Origin: Lytechinus pictus | Taxonomy: Eukaryota | Length of the DNA: 60,000 nucleotides | Assembly: GCF_037042905.1 (NCBI RefSeq) | Contig: NC_087245.1 | Coordinates: 32,924,001-32,984,000, forward strand | Direction of reading: 5' to 3' | In this document: positions 1 to 13,908 of the stretch, one piece after another | Layout of the letters: each line of letters starts with the position of its first letter | Position numbering within the stretch: position 1 is the first letter of the stretch | Made by a program: the position numbers and the translations under genes | Notes under the pieces: generated by a model | The model's database searches: none | What the model was told of the DNA's origin: nothing | Seen by the model: only the letters and a program-made list of their open reading frames with translations

Positions 1-1045
1 AATACGAAATGTGAAATATTCTATTTTCTACTTAATATAATGTGATGTGATTTCGTTACGAACAAGTGTAATTGCAATTACACAATTATACACCTATTTT
101 GATTAAATGAAGAATATTGTTAGCGTCAAATGTGTAGAATTTGATATTGCTAGGTTAAAACAATATAATCCAAACGAAAACAATGTCGATTCTTAATAAT
201 TTATTATACCATAATCATATGATACCTCATACGTTAAACTTGCACGAAAAGTCGATGTAGACACGTTTAGAAAGAGACCCATCACATTTCATATTTCACT
301 CCGGTTTTCACGTGTTATATCTCATTGCAAAACGCGTGCTTTCTTCCGATCCTTGCATCACCTTGAGTAAATACTATAACAATAATGCAAACATGATACT
401 AGGAATTAATTTAAGTGTTTTGTTTGTTGTATATTGATAAGATAAGTATTCGACTGTTCGTAGATATACCACTCATAATTTGAACATAGTCTGCTAACTA
501 TAGTAAGCTTGTGAATAGCCAGTCTAATTTAAACATTTTGAAGGACAATGTAACCTTGCTTTGAGGCCGCCTCTTAAACACAGTTTGCAAGGTATAACTT
601 CTTTCTAATTAATCAGGTTGATATCTTGATTTGATGTATATCAAAAGTAGACAATATCAAAATTGCATAGTGTCGTTATAGTTCAAAACAATGTCAAAAG
701 GTAATTTCGCAGTTGACATGCGTCTTGTGTCAGACTCATCCCTCTCTCTGGCATGAAATTAAATTTAAAAAAAAATGAAAGTATTTTGGTATTTATATTT
801 GTCCGGATAACCATATTCATGGACTTCGGTCAGATACAGTTTACAATTCTTCACATCCATTTTTTTGCCATATCTATCAAAATCCAGTCGAAAACACCCG
901 TTTTAACATTCCTTTATACCAGCTACATAAAGATGGTTTGAATAAAAATGAATAAAACTGCTGTTTTCGACTCGCCCTACGGCCGCCGTAGGGGAAATGT
1001 GACTGAGGTACCAATGTGTAATTTTCCAGAAGAACGACGTGCAAT

Positions 1046-1105
1046 CAGTGGCGTACCTAGGATTTTCCACAGGGGGGGCAAAACCGTCCGGCAAAAAATT
1101 TGACA

Positions 1106-1143
<38 letters not shown>

Positions 1144-1188
1144 TCTTCGATCACATATAAAGGATTTCGTACCAGAAAAAAATTGACA

Positions 1189-1219
<31 letters not shown>

Positions 1220-1395
1220 GGTTTTCAAGCTCGTCAGAGGGGCATTAAAGGTCTTGAAGCTCTAGAAGCTCGTCAGGGGGGGCAAAAAAGGTTTTTCAAG
1301 CCCGTCAGGGGGGGCAAAGATACGTTTTTGCATGGGTTGTGACTCGTCAGGGGGGGCAGAGTGCCCCCCCTGACCCCCCCGTAGGTACGCTAGTG
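1046..1395. mobile_element. Non-autonomous hAT-type MITE with internal poly(A) and (ctcgtcaggggggc) subrepeats
   Basis: Terminal inverted repeats (TIRs) cagtggcgtacctagg / cgtaggtacgctagtg; exact 8-bp target-site duplication (TSD) cgtgcaat at 1038-1045 and 1396-1403. Confidence 0.85.
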
Positions 1396-1983
1396 CGTGC
1401 AATTGATTGCTTTCGTATTATTGGGGATGTAAATTTCAAAAGTAAGACTCCGAAAATCGTACAAGGTGACATTATTCTTTAAAAAAATGTTTTTCTGATA
1501 CCCAAACAATTCGAACATCTTTCGAGACATTGGCTATGCCAGATCCTCCACATATTCAATGATAAATTGATCTCCTCGTTAGAATAATCTAATACGATTT
1601 TTTTTTCGCACGCATACACAATTTAACAAGTCACTGATTGCTTCAAATTCGTCATTATAGTATAACTAAATCGAATACTTCCCACATCAGTCCATAAAAT
1701 GTAACGAGTTTATTTGCTAATTACCGACTGATTACCGATTGATTGTATTATTGCAATATTGTTCATGTTTGACTGTGGTTAGGATGTTTTCTTTAAGGAG
1801 GGCGGAGATGGTGATAATAAGATCAGAACCACTCCGACTGCAGACTTGCACAGGAAATTTAGAGGAAAGGGAGGCGGGACATAAATTGGACATAATGGAG
1901 ACCTGAGATTATTTTTAGAAGATACAACAGAACGCATGTAAACCACTCGCGCTTTACAAGTACCTATTGATGGCTTTCATATA

Positions 1984-2195
1984 CAGTGGTGCTAGTTAGT
2001 GAACCCTGGCCTCCAGAAAATGCACTCCCTCGTGCCGAGTGTTGAGCGTAAACAACAACACTGCAATATTCAGCGAGCCTAGAAAAAAAAACTTATTGAG
2101 TGTAATATTTTATCACCTGACTTATAAAAGATGGCAGAATTTGAACACTTTTAAGTTATGATCATTGGGTGTTCACTAACTTTTTGGCGCCACTG
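1984..2195. mobile_element. Tc1/mariner-type MITE
   Basis: TA|cagtggtgc..agttagtgaac at left, gttcactaactttttggcgccactg|TA at right: CAGTG termini with TA TSD. Confidence 0.65.
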
Positions 2196-2391
2196 TATTC
2201 CAGCCCATCCAATTAGCATCACTCGTGAGTCGTTACGATATAATCACAAACCCTTGAGGGATGATATTGTATTATTCTTAAATATTATATATATATAATA
2301 TCTCTTAAATAATTTATCTGAAATGTTGTGATTTATCCTGTTATCCGGGTTTAAACATCGGACTTTTTATATTTGTGGATAATATATCGTG

Positions 2392-2518
2392 TTTTTATAT
2401 AGCGCTTAATACATCAGAACGACGTGTCTAAGCGCTTTACAAATATATTATTACCCCGGTCATCAGATTCAGTCAGTCATTCCCGCACACAGTGTGTGCA
2501 CATCCTTAATTCCCTGGG
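2392..2518 (-). mobile_element. SINE 3' fragment with L2-like tail
   Basis: Minus strand reads ccggggtaataata (shared with the full SINEs) then aagcgcttagacacgtcgttctgatgtattaagcgctatataaaaa. Confidence 0.5.
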
Positions 2519-5500
2519 CAGATCACAATGCATACAGCATGTATTTATTTATACATACCTGAAGTAATCAAATATTTAGAGTACGCACAATCTTGGAAAT
2601 ACAAAAAATTCTCTCCCATTTTTATTTTTTATCAAACCTGCTAATTTAATTTCATTTTTCACATTACACTTGTGTTTAATGTCAAAACTATGGTATCGTA
2701 AATAAGACATAAAAAGGAACGCAGAAAATAAAGTTATGATTGCACTATTTCATACTTCCATGATTTTACTTTGAATGTTGTCGAAAAAGTGAACATTTCA
2801 TACTTTTCAATTAAATCAATTATTTTCCGTTTACAATTACGGTTTGAAAAAAAAACATGTTTCTTACAATTGTTTTTTTTTCAATACTTTGGGCAAACTT
2901 CCGCCACCCCCCCCCCCCCCCCGAAAATTCAATTAGGCTCAGCAATGCCGTTGTCTGCAAGCACAGACTCAAATTTGACACTTTAACAAAATACCCCTGT
3001 CTAGTGCGGAGACTATATAGACTACAAACTGTTCATGTGTGTAAAGCAGCCAAAACACATGAGTGAATCTAGTCTCACTACTTCAGACTCTGCATTGTGC
3101 ATTAGGGGAAAACTAAAGGTCTGGGCCTGCAGACTAGCAATGCATCTGTTTGTTACTAGTATATAGAGACACACCTAATATGAACACTACATGATCACAT
3201 GTTTCCTGTAGACTCTGCAGCTGTACATTCCACTGTTCAACTAAGAGATGAAATAGTTCAAGAAAAGTTCACCAAAGACATCAAGTCCTCACACGCCAAA
3301 ATGAGATCCAAAATTATTGATATTTTTAGGATATTGTATCATTGAGCGAACTTCTTCTTTAAACACTTAATTACCAGGTTTTAAGCGAAATACATTGTTT
3401 GCTCTTGTTGTCGGTTATTTCATTACATCATTTTATTTTATTAGCGGTAACACTTCGATTTTTTTTGGGGGGGTAGGGGTTGTCAACCAGACTTCTTTAG
3501 TTAGAATTGTATAATTCATTTTTTGTCAGTCTCTCAGTTTTAGAAAAGTATTTTTTCAACCCATTCCCCCCCCCCTCTATCTCTCTCTCATCCTTACTGT
3601 CTTTCTTTCTTTTTTATTTCTCTATCTCTCGGTCACATTCATCCTCTCTATTAACTTTGAGGCATACAGACATAGGTCTATGAAGTGTTATTCGACACGC
3701 CTATACCTAATCTATATAATCTAGTAGATTAGAAATGAAACGCTAGCCTCATCTGAGCTACCGTCTGCTTCGCCTGACGACTGGCAACAGCCCCTACTTA
3801 AAACAAAGCCACCCCAATCGATCATCATTATTGAAATGGAGAAAAGGGGGACTTCATGAAACTTTAACATTCCGTCAAATTTCTAAATTTACAAAGTATT
3901 ATAATAACACAACCTACATAAAAGAGTATTATTGTTAGGTCGACGATTTTGATTATAATAATAGCGCACAGTGATTTGATTTCTGTTAGAAAATCGCTGA
4001 ATAAGATTTTAAAAGTTACATTGAATTGGACTTTATTGAGGTATAATGTTTCATTTGTTGTGGTATTATCACCATGACAACTGTTATTTACCAATATGAC
4101 GTTTGTCTATCTCATTAGGCAAAACGGAAGTATTGTTTTAATGTAATTAAAGTAAACAGGAACTACGGCTTTAAGTGTGGGCCTCAGTTAAGATATGTGG
4201 AAAATTGCTTATTTATTTTATAAGCAACGCAAATAATTATGTTCCCCTCAGATGTTATGCCATTATCTGCGATATATATGATCAAGATAATGACTGGTTA
4301 TTCTATTACATTTGAAATTAATCTGATGAAAATAATTGTGCTAGGTAGGCGCAAATCCATAATGAATTTACCAAATGTGGATCAAAATTAAATCAAACTG
4401 AAAGCTATCATTTGTGAATCCCTAAAACAATCATAGTGTATTATTCATATTCGAGAATCAATTCATGCATTAATTGAGAAATAGTTGAAATTAGAATTCC
4501 AATTTAATGCACACCTCACCTCTGTGTATAATGAATTTCGATGTAAGCTTGTGAAAATGTGTTATGATTGAGGGCCCCAAAGAAGAATATAGTTTTGGGG
4601 GCACTTCCAGTGGATGGGGTTTCCTAGAAAAAAAAAACATGAGTAGAATGTCTGCGTGTATTCTTTTTGTAACAGAATTAGTTTAAAGGATAATTTTGTT
4701 TGAATGCTTATATTCCAAAATGTCTAACGTCGAAAATTCCAAACTAAACGAATTTTTAAAGACGTTGAGCACATATCCTCCATCTTCTTTGACTAGGAAA
4801 AGAACCCGAAAAATAAAAAGAATAAACTCGCCCTATGAGTTACAATTAGAGAATATTAAAGTCTACCTGTTTACGATATTTGCAGAGTAGTCTAGAAGTA
4901 TTTTTGTAAGCCTAGGTTTTGAAAACAAAATATTTCATGAGTCTGTCCTTGCACATGTGATTTCTTTTTAGGGGAACATGCCGAGTCATTCTGATGATAA
5001 GAAGTGCTTCTTTCAGTTTCCAATAAAAAGTTTTCGTGACGAAACAAAAATGTTTGCGTTTTGAATTTGAAAACATGCTTCATATCTTTTTTTACAGCTT
5101 TACATTCGGAAATATGGAAAGAAAATATGTTGGCCGAATATTCAGTATGCGTGCAGGGCTAATGTTATTGTTTCATTTAATTTTTGGGACATTATATTTA
5201 CGAAAATGAATGCAGAATATAGTTATCATTAATTTTCTTTAGAATATAACATTATATTTGATAACTTACATCAGTGTTTTACATGTCAACCTTGATTATT
5301 GATGTATCTTATATGTTATTCAATTATCTTATGTATTTCTGGATATAAATAAATGGGCCGATTAATAAAAGAATTAAAAAAAAAACTCTAACGTATCAGC
5401 AAATCACATCAATGTTCGAATTTTCCGAATTGACAATTTTAGCATGACAATCAAGAAATAATCTTGGTTATTATGATAAGGATAATAATAATTTACGGAT

Positions 5501-6203
5501 ACAACTAATACTACTAACTCGACCTAATACAACAACTCCCTAGTACTTCTACTGCCAAGTGCCATGACGATGAAAATTCCACTTCTACAACCACCACTTC
5601 TCCAGCAACAACCTTTCCGCGACCCAGATTTATTGTCTTCTCACCCACCTATCATAATTACTCATTATCATGATTGGTATGAATTATTCAAACAAACAAA
5701 TGATACATTAAAGACGCATCCAATCTGATATGAGCGTAAAGTTTACATAAGATCCATGCTCGGTTTGTCACGCCATGGACCTTCCTCGGGTCCATGGTCA
5801 TGCCATAACCATTATTCTTTCAATGATTTGCATGTGACTGAAATTGGGGATACCATAACCCATTCACCTCTATAGTACTTTCCTAACGTGGACTGTCTAT
5901 CGTCTGTTTAATAAACGAATAAACCCAAAGTATAGGCCAAAACCGATTTTTGTAATCTTCTTACAAACAAAAAACACTCTTTCATTTAAAGATTACTTTT
6001 TTAACCAAATGGCTCTGAGCAAAGAAGGTATAATTTTATCATTACAAAAAAAAAATAGGTCCATGATTTGAATAACCTACTTTGTGAAAAAAAGAATTAT
6101 TGAAGAACTGTCTGGAAAGTAATGGATGAACGGAGCATGTCCTACAAGTAGAAGTGTTACTTAACTAAGGTCACAATGGTCATGTTTTGTTGAACCAGAA
6201 ATT

Positions 6204-6723
6204 TCATAAAGTTTGCGTATGTTTTGAAGGTAATAATTCTTTAATACATTTCCATAATTCGCTGCTGTTATTTTTACAATCAAAAATTTTCTTATGAAAA
6301 TATTTCTTTTTATTAGATTTGACCATAATATTATCTGTATTTCTACTTTGTTTATACATGACCCAGTGTTCTTCTGATTTTGATTTCATAAATTTCTTTA
6401 ATTTTTTTATCTCGTTGTATCATAACATCTCGTATATCACTTGTTATCCATGGTGTATGTTTTTCTTTAACTCTCCGTGACTTAATAGGCAAATGAGCAT
6501 TTACGACATTCAATAAAGATTGCTTCCAGTTTTGCCATAAAAAGTCAATACCTTTGTCACTATTTAGAAAACTCCAATCTACATTGCATAAATCATGCTT
6601 AAAACTATTCTCATTGAACTTTTTAAATGATCTATAAGTGATACATTTGGATTCTTTTTTAATTTTTTTACCACACAAAATTCCAAAAATCATAAAATGA
6701 TCACTGGTAGATAAGGTTATCAC
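6204..6723 (-). mobile_element. Degenerate CR1/L2-clade LINE ORF2 fragment (endonuclease end and linker)
   Basis: Two frameshifted ORFs carry SDHFMI, YRSFKKFNENSFKHDL, HLPIKSRRVK..PWITSDI...QRD and KNNSSELWKCIKELL, typical of the APE-RT linker in non-LTR retrotransposons. Confidence 0.85.
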
Positions 6724-9256
6724 ACCATATTCCAGTGGAAGAGACTATTTAGCAACATCGAAATGATTGGTGATAATACTATATAACAATATAATATGCC
6801 AATAATTTATTTATGTAGCGCAGTTTATGCTTAGACTCAAATGCGCTTCGAAAATGATACCATATCTTTTTTACTTCATTTTATTCAGATTATTTTATTG
6901 ATAATTTTTTTTCTTCCGGATACGTGTATAAAAATAAGATTTTCTGGTGGTTTTATATTGAAAAAAAAATCCATATTTCATATCAGAAAGTATGTTATTA
7001 AGACATGGTCAACGATAATTGTAAACTTTCTTTAACGAATTACTGGACCGCAAGAGGCACTAATTTTCACGTGAAGATTACTATGACGGCTGCTTTTTAA
7101 AAAGCGACTTCCAAATCTGCCCCAGTCTATTAATCATAAAATACTCTTTTAATACGGATTTGTCCAAATCACGTGACCTTCAAACCCCCTATTAATTGAT
7201 GTCCGGTCGGGAAGACAGAAGCCGTGATGTCACAATCCTTATAGTGACGTCACAGGGTCACTGCATCTATTCCCGACAATTATTTAGCATGAGATAGTGA
7301 CTTTGAAATTGATACACAGAGTTTCTTAATTTATATTTTACTGTATAAGCCCTCGCCATACAGCTTTCCTATTTCTCCTATTCGTACCACTGTTTTGTGA
7401 AAAATATTCGAAACTTTATAAATCGCTATCTACAGCATGAACAGAACATATAACACATAGTCATTTAAGACGGTTCCAATAGTTGGTATAACTTACACAA
7501 CTAAAACAAAAAAATATGTACTAACGTTTCTCCACTTTATGTTATGTTTTTTGCGTTTGTTTTTCCTTTGTTTTCCTATGATTTCATTGGTGGTTTTATA
7601 AGATACAACATAATTACTGAATTCTTTCAAACAACGAAAAAAAGTATCTAAAAAATTGAAAATTAAAAGTTCTATTCATGTTGAATGATGATTTTTCCGT
7701 AGTTTATATTGATTTTTGGATTGAAAGATTTATTCAAGACCAAAACAATAGCAAATGACACAGGGATGAAGATCAACCCACGTGAAAATCGCGCAGAGGG
7801 ATTAAACTCTCTTGTTTCCTTCCTCCGTTAAGGTCGGTGATAACAAGAGATTCCTTAATTGAATTGCAATGAAATTGAAAGAGTTTCATTAACTATGCAA
7901 ACCATTCCAATTCAAAACAGTCATAGTTAAAGGTGCTCTTGAACGGTAACAGATTATTCTTGTACGAAAGTTTTAAACCCTTTCCACCCGTTTAAGTCAC
8001 GTGTAAACCACGAGTTATGTAAATAGATGTTTATTTTACGTCCGTTATTAATTGTATCTGTATTTAAGCTAACATTTTGCTCGGACGAAGGGGTTACCAA
8101 TCACATTTTTTTTTAAGAAAACGGTTTTATGAAAAAAAATGGGAAGGTATTTTTTTTAAAATAGCAGGCATGATTGTCAATATATGAATATCTATAGTGA
8201 ACCGATTGGACCTCTACTTTGAGATGTGTGTCACAGTCGACTATCTTGATTAAACCTCAACTTTGGATCATGGTTTGAACTAAATCGGAGTTCCGAATGT
8301 GAGCCTAGAGGTCTAGGTCTCTCTGTATTCTCCCCTTCCTCTCCCCCCCCCCTCTCTCTCTCCCTCCCTCTCTGTTCATTCACCCCCATACTCAAACAAA
8401 GAGTCATATAAAAACGGGCGTGGCGGCTACATTATAAGAGGCATGGTATCTCTACGTCCATAGCGACTTTATACCCCAATACAACATATCTAACCAAGTA
8501 AAATGTTCCAGAGTCGAGACTGAATCACACCCCTCCCACTGTGATGCTTTCGGAAGACATACATTAGATACAAGAGCACGTATTCCAAAGTCAAGTTTGA
8601 GTTGGACCATACGTGGTTATAGCAAGTGCTAAAATTATAAGAAGCCAAGAGTGACAAGATTTTTTAAACATTGTATGATTCTTAAAGATATTGTTTAACT
8701 TTGTGAGCAGCCGATTTAAAAAATTCTCAAACCAAGATGAAACATGTGTACAAGTGCATGTATTAGAACTAATAAACCCTGAAAACAACCATTATTGAGA
8801 ATGAAAAGCTAAAACTACAAGCCAAACCCCGATTTTGTAAATAGGCGTCTTATAGACGCCTAAATAGTACACATAAGTGTATGGGATGAAATTAAGATGG
8901 TGTTTTCGGTCACTTTATATTTCAATTTTTGAAGCACTAAATAATTATTTTCGAACGCAATTTTGTCTGGGCTTCATTTTTGTAACATATCACAGACACA
9001 GGTGACAAGTGTGACCTTCTAGCTCAGATTTTTTTAAAGTCAAACCAATGTTTACCAATCACTTTAACTGTATTTACGCCTTACTTGTGAAGGAAAAGAT
9101 TTCAGTTGCAATAAACCCAGAGTTTTGAGCGATTGGTGCCAAAGCAAGCTGATAAATTCAACCTCTCCTCCTGTCCCAAGACACTTGTGTCTCATTTATT
9201 TGGTTCTCCCTAGTTGAATTGAACTTGAACCACAGTTTTAGACCCGAGTTTTGAAT

Positions 9257-9853
9257 TTAAGGAGTACTCCAGGCTAAAAAGAATATGTTTCGAGCAAATA
9301 TTTTTAAAAAATATACAAAAAAAAACACTGAAAATTTATTCAAAATCGGAAAAGGAATAACAAAGTTATAACATTTTAAAGCTTTGCATTATTTTGGTTA
9401 AAAAAATATATGCATGTCTTCATAATATGTCATATCTTGATAATGACATATCCCCTCTTGTTTGTATTTTATTATATGAAATCACATTTATTCAAAACTG
9501 TTCCACCAGAAATGAAAAAAGATTGGATTGACAACTGATTTGATACATATTCATAGCAACAAGTTATTTTGTCACAAGGAAGGCTTTTCATACACACATG
9601 TCTGAAAAATGTAATAATTATGATTTAATGTAATAACATAAGAACAAAGAAAATGGGGACATGACGTCATCAGCTCACCTAATAAACATTTATGACGACA
9701 TGCATAATAACTGTATTCACAAAATATCAATAAACTTTTAAATTCAATAACTTCGTTATTTGTTATTAGATTTTGATGAAATTTTCAGCGTTTTGCTATG
9801 TTAATTTTACTCGATTAATTTAGACATAGATTTAGCCCGGAGTACCCCTTCAA
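9257..9853. mobile_element. Kolobok/T2-type MITE (diverged)
   Basis: ttaa-ggagtactccaggctaaa ... tttagcccggagtacccct-tcaa; internal similarity (aacactgaaaattt..caaaatcgga; attttgatgaaattttcagc) to the 21.8 kb family. Confidence 0.7.
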
Positions 9854-10597
9854 TTCCGAATATACGGGCCAATATACTAATACAAAATTCAGATAACTAC
9901 AAATGCACTTTTTTCCTCCAGGAACCTACCTGATGAATCCAGTTATTTCCTTCTGTCCGTTCTGATTTTAAGTTAGTCTCCACTTGAACTTCAACTCAAA
10001 TTCATAGTTTTTAACACAAATGTGCTAGGGTTCCATTTGAACTTGATTTTCACCACTTTTGACCTAGTTAAACATATCAAAGATGAAAGTATGAGTGACG
10101 TTCCTTGCTTCTGCAGATGTTTTGGTTCTCTTATAAGAGGTCGTAATAAGAAAGCAGGTGAGGACGAGAGATGTATAGGGTACGTCAAGATTTGAGATGG
10201 GACGCGAAGAAAATGTCTTTTGGCTTCTTCATCTCATCTCACCTTGTCCTTGACTTTCATGATACAGAAGCCTTTGTCTCCCTAGGGTATTATCTCATGA
10301 TTCACAGATTCTTTCTTTTAAATCTCTCATCCAGGATACTGTCCCTAGGCGGAACATTGCGAATCTTGTAATTTTCTAAAGAAATAATTATCTCCGAAGA
10401 AAACCATCGTCTAATTAAAGGAATGGGCGTCGGCGCAAAGGATTATCCATTGTTCATGGAGAGGGGGGGGGGGGGGTGGACGTCTATTGTTGCGCCCCCA
10501 ACACAAAAGATAATCATGTCTTTTCTATCCGTTGATGCCCACAATCAAAGTGTTGGTTGATATGGCAAAGTAAAATTATCTGCTCTGACGTCCATGG

Positions 10598-11236
10598 TTA
10601 AAGGCAAAGTTATTATTATTATTATTTATTATCATTTATTCGGCATAATCAAATACATAAACAACATATACAAACAATAGGAATAGGAGAGTCACATGGA
10701 TGCCGGGAAAGGAAAAAGATTAACTAAATAGTTCATCCTGACAAAGAGTTTATTGTAAAAATAGCAGAAAAATAAGAAGAAATATTGATGAAAATTTAAG
10801 GAAAATCCATCAAATATTTCAAAAATTATCATATTTTTTATTTATTTGTGGCGTCATATGCGAGCAGCTTCCCCATATACAGTTTAAGTAAATAAAAAAA
10901 AATAAAGAAATGTCATTTTCCAAAAAAAAAATGAACATGGTTTTTATTTTACCTTCAGTGTACGGGTATATCAACAGACAATTATTTCACACCCGCGTCT
11001 AAAAGAATTAAAAACATAGTCATCATGAAACATTAAAACATTGACATTTAGGCATCTTATATTTCATAACATATTTTGTGGCAGCTGCTCGTATATGACG
11101 TCACTTATTAAAAACTTAAAATTCGAATTACTTTCTTAATCTTTGATGGCTTTTCCTCAAACCTTCACCATTATTTTTCTTCTTTTTTTTCTTGTATTTT
11201 TTTCACAAAAAATCTTTAGGGTGAAGTTCCCTTTAA
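10598..11236. mobile_element. Kolobok/T2-type MITE with a retroposon-tail insertion in its left TIR
   Basis: ttaa-aggcaaagt[insert]agttcatcctgac at left; gggtgaagttccct-ttaa at right; internal inverted motifs (cgagcagct / agctgctcg). Confidence 0.6.
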
Positions 11237-11728
11237 AACAGATTGAGAAACATTGGAAGTTTTATCACAACAAAAGACTTCAGAGCCCTTTATTCCGTTA
11301 ACCTAAGTACCTAATATGAACATGGTCAATGCAAGTTCTAGTGACCATGGCCGTTATTGTTTAATATGTTGTGATGGTGGGGGCGGATGTTTATGGTGAC
11401 GGCTTTAACTTACTTAAAGCCATTTTTGTTCATTCAAGTTATTGTTAGAAGCATTACGATTATAGAAATTGGTTTGCTAAACATTTTTTTTTATCAGATT
11501 GGCTTAGAAGTCACAGATGAATCATTTTAAATCATCCAATTAAACATTAGTACAAGCATGACAAAAACGTTTCTTTAATTTAGGGGAGGGAGTTTGGCCC
11601 ATGCTCCCCGTTATTTTGAAGAATGTTTCTCTCGATCAATTTTGGATTAATTTGTTTATATTGATCTGGAAACAAATATTCGTTTATCAAATTTGCATTT
11701 TTATCATTATACTTGTGTCAAGCCTTTA

Positions 11729-12266
11729 TTAAAAGACAAGTCCACCCCAACAAAATGTTGATTTGTATAAAAAGAGAAAAATACCAGCATAACACTGAAA
11801 TTTCATCAAATTCGATGTAAAATAAGAAAGTTATGACATTTCAAAATGTCGCTTATTTTTTATTAAATAGTTATTGGCACATTCCGGTCGGTATGCATAT
11901 GAGGGAACTGATGACATCACTCACTCACAATTTTTTGAAATATTCTTATTTTTCATTGTCCTGGAAAACAAAGTTTTATTTCTCTTTGTTGGTCCTTATC
12001 GTCAAATCTGTAAAAATTGAAATAATGTATAATTCAAACAATAAAAAACAAAAAACATAGTGAGTGAGAGACATCATCAACTCTCTCAGTTGCATGTAAC
12101 TAAATTGTGCTTATGACTATTTTGTGAAAAATAAGCGGAAACTTTAAACTGTCATAACTATCTTATTTTACTTCGGATTTTGATGAAATTTTCAGCATTA
12201 TGCTTGTCTGATTTTCCCCTATTGATTCAAATCAACATTTTTTTGGGGGGTGGTCTTGACCTTTAA
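11729..12266. mobile_element. Kolobok/T2-type MITE, family A copy 1 (internally deleted)
   Basis: TTAA-aagacaagtccacccc ... ggggtggtcttgacct-TTAA; long imperfect inverted arms; closely similar to 21795-22396 and 53319-53926. Confidence 0.85.
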
Positions 12267-12586
12267 GGGGCAGCGCCATGCTAGAGGCACCGCCAGTGTA
12301 CTTTTATGGGGGAGCAAGACGATATTACGATGACGTAATTTTTTTTTCTCAATAGAATTAAGGGGTATATTATTACAAGACCACAGCCTCCCTTTCTTAT
12401 GATCTTATTCTTTCCATCTACCACTTTCTCCCTCTTTTTCCACTTTATATCCTCCGGCTTATTTTCCATTTATTTTCACCGATTAAAATCATAAGGGTGA
12501 TAGGAACCCTCCCACCTCCTGTGACGCCTCTCTTGCATTTATCAAATTATATTTAGAAAAATGAACAAGGTCTAGGTCAAGGTCGT

Positions 12587-12870
12587 GGGGGCGTCGTGCT
12601 GTAGTGGTCATGACTTTCGTCTTTCAATATGAGGGACGTTGGTTCGATTCCTAGCCATGGCGTTGTTTTCCTTCAGCAAGAAATTTTCCAACATTGTGCT
12701 GCACTCAGCCCAGGTGAGGTGAATGTGTACTCTGTAGGAAGAAATTCCTCGAATGATTGAGCGCCTAGGTAGCCGAGCTAAAGCCGGGGTAATGATAATA
12801 GCAGGGCCCGCTGGGAGAACAGTTTTCATTACTGGAGTGGCTTCCCTGGGTAAATATACCTATATAAATT
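12587..12870 (+). mobile_element. tRNA-derived SINE with conserved core and (ATT)n tail
   Basis: A-box-like and B-box (ggttcgattcc) head, core tgtgctgcactcagcccaggtgaggtgaatg, followed by (att)n to about 12945. Confidence 0.85.
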
Positions 12871-13589
12871 ATTATTGTTATTATTATAATTATTATTTTA
12901 TTATTATGATAATCATTATTATTATTTTTATTATTACTAATCATTATCAATGTCATTTTCATTTTAACAACATTCTATTTACAAGTTAGTTTGTTCAGTT
13001 CATATGCAAAGAATTATGTTGCTTTTGCAATCCATATACTAAAGTTTGTTTAAATATTATTTGGGATAGGTTGCATTTCAAAAAGATGATATAAGTAACA
13101 TATCACATTGATTAGAATGTATGTATTTATGTAGGCGCCCTCACCCTTCGTATGCATATATAATGTTTTCTGCAGACAGTGCAACTGTATATTTTTTTAT
13201 CAGGTGGCGATTGTGTAATGAGAACTGAAGAATCAACGCGTCAAGTCTCAATACAATCAAAGTTTTCTGAAATCTATTTTAAACCTCGGACGATTCTTTT
13301 AAAGATAAATGGATTCAAACAATCATTATGCACCCATGAATAAGATGTTAAATAAAAGTCGGATAATATTCGCAAGCTGGCTTTACCGGATGAATCGACA
13401 CATGGTGGGACATGTGCCAATAACAAATAAAAAAAACTTGCCATAAAAATGATGAATCAGTCTTGGAGTGAGTATCCAACTATCCATGAATATCATCAAC
13501 CTCCCAAACGATGTACCAAAAAATCTAATACAATTCTAACCATATTTCCCGCTTTCCTCACGCATGTTATGTGTCTATTAATAACTGTA

Positions 13590-13908
13590 TCATTATCATT
13601 ATCAATATTATTATCGTTATTATATCATTATCATTATTTTACGATGATGATGATAAATGGTGATAATGATAATGATGATGATGATGATGATAATAATGAT
13701 GATGATAATGAGAATGATGATGATGTTGATGATGATGATAATAATAAATAATAATAATGATGATGATGATGATGGTGATGATGGTAATGATAAAGATTAT
13801 GTTGATAATGATGATGATAATGATGATGATGACGTTGATGATGATGATGATGATGATGATGACGATAGTTATGATGATGATGATGATAATGACTTTGATG
13901 ATGATGGT
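13590..13908. repeat. Degenerate (TCA)n then (GAT)n microsatellite
   Basis: Directly visible trinucleotide runs; source of the poly-D/M/H ORFs. Confidence 0.95.

Noticed and set aside
903..1248. Poly-Lys/Phe ORFs
   Set aside because: Poly(A) tracts inside the hAT MITE.
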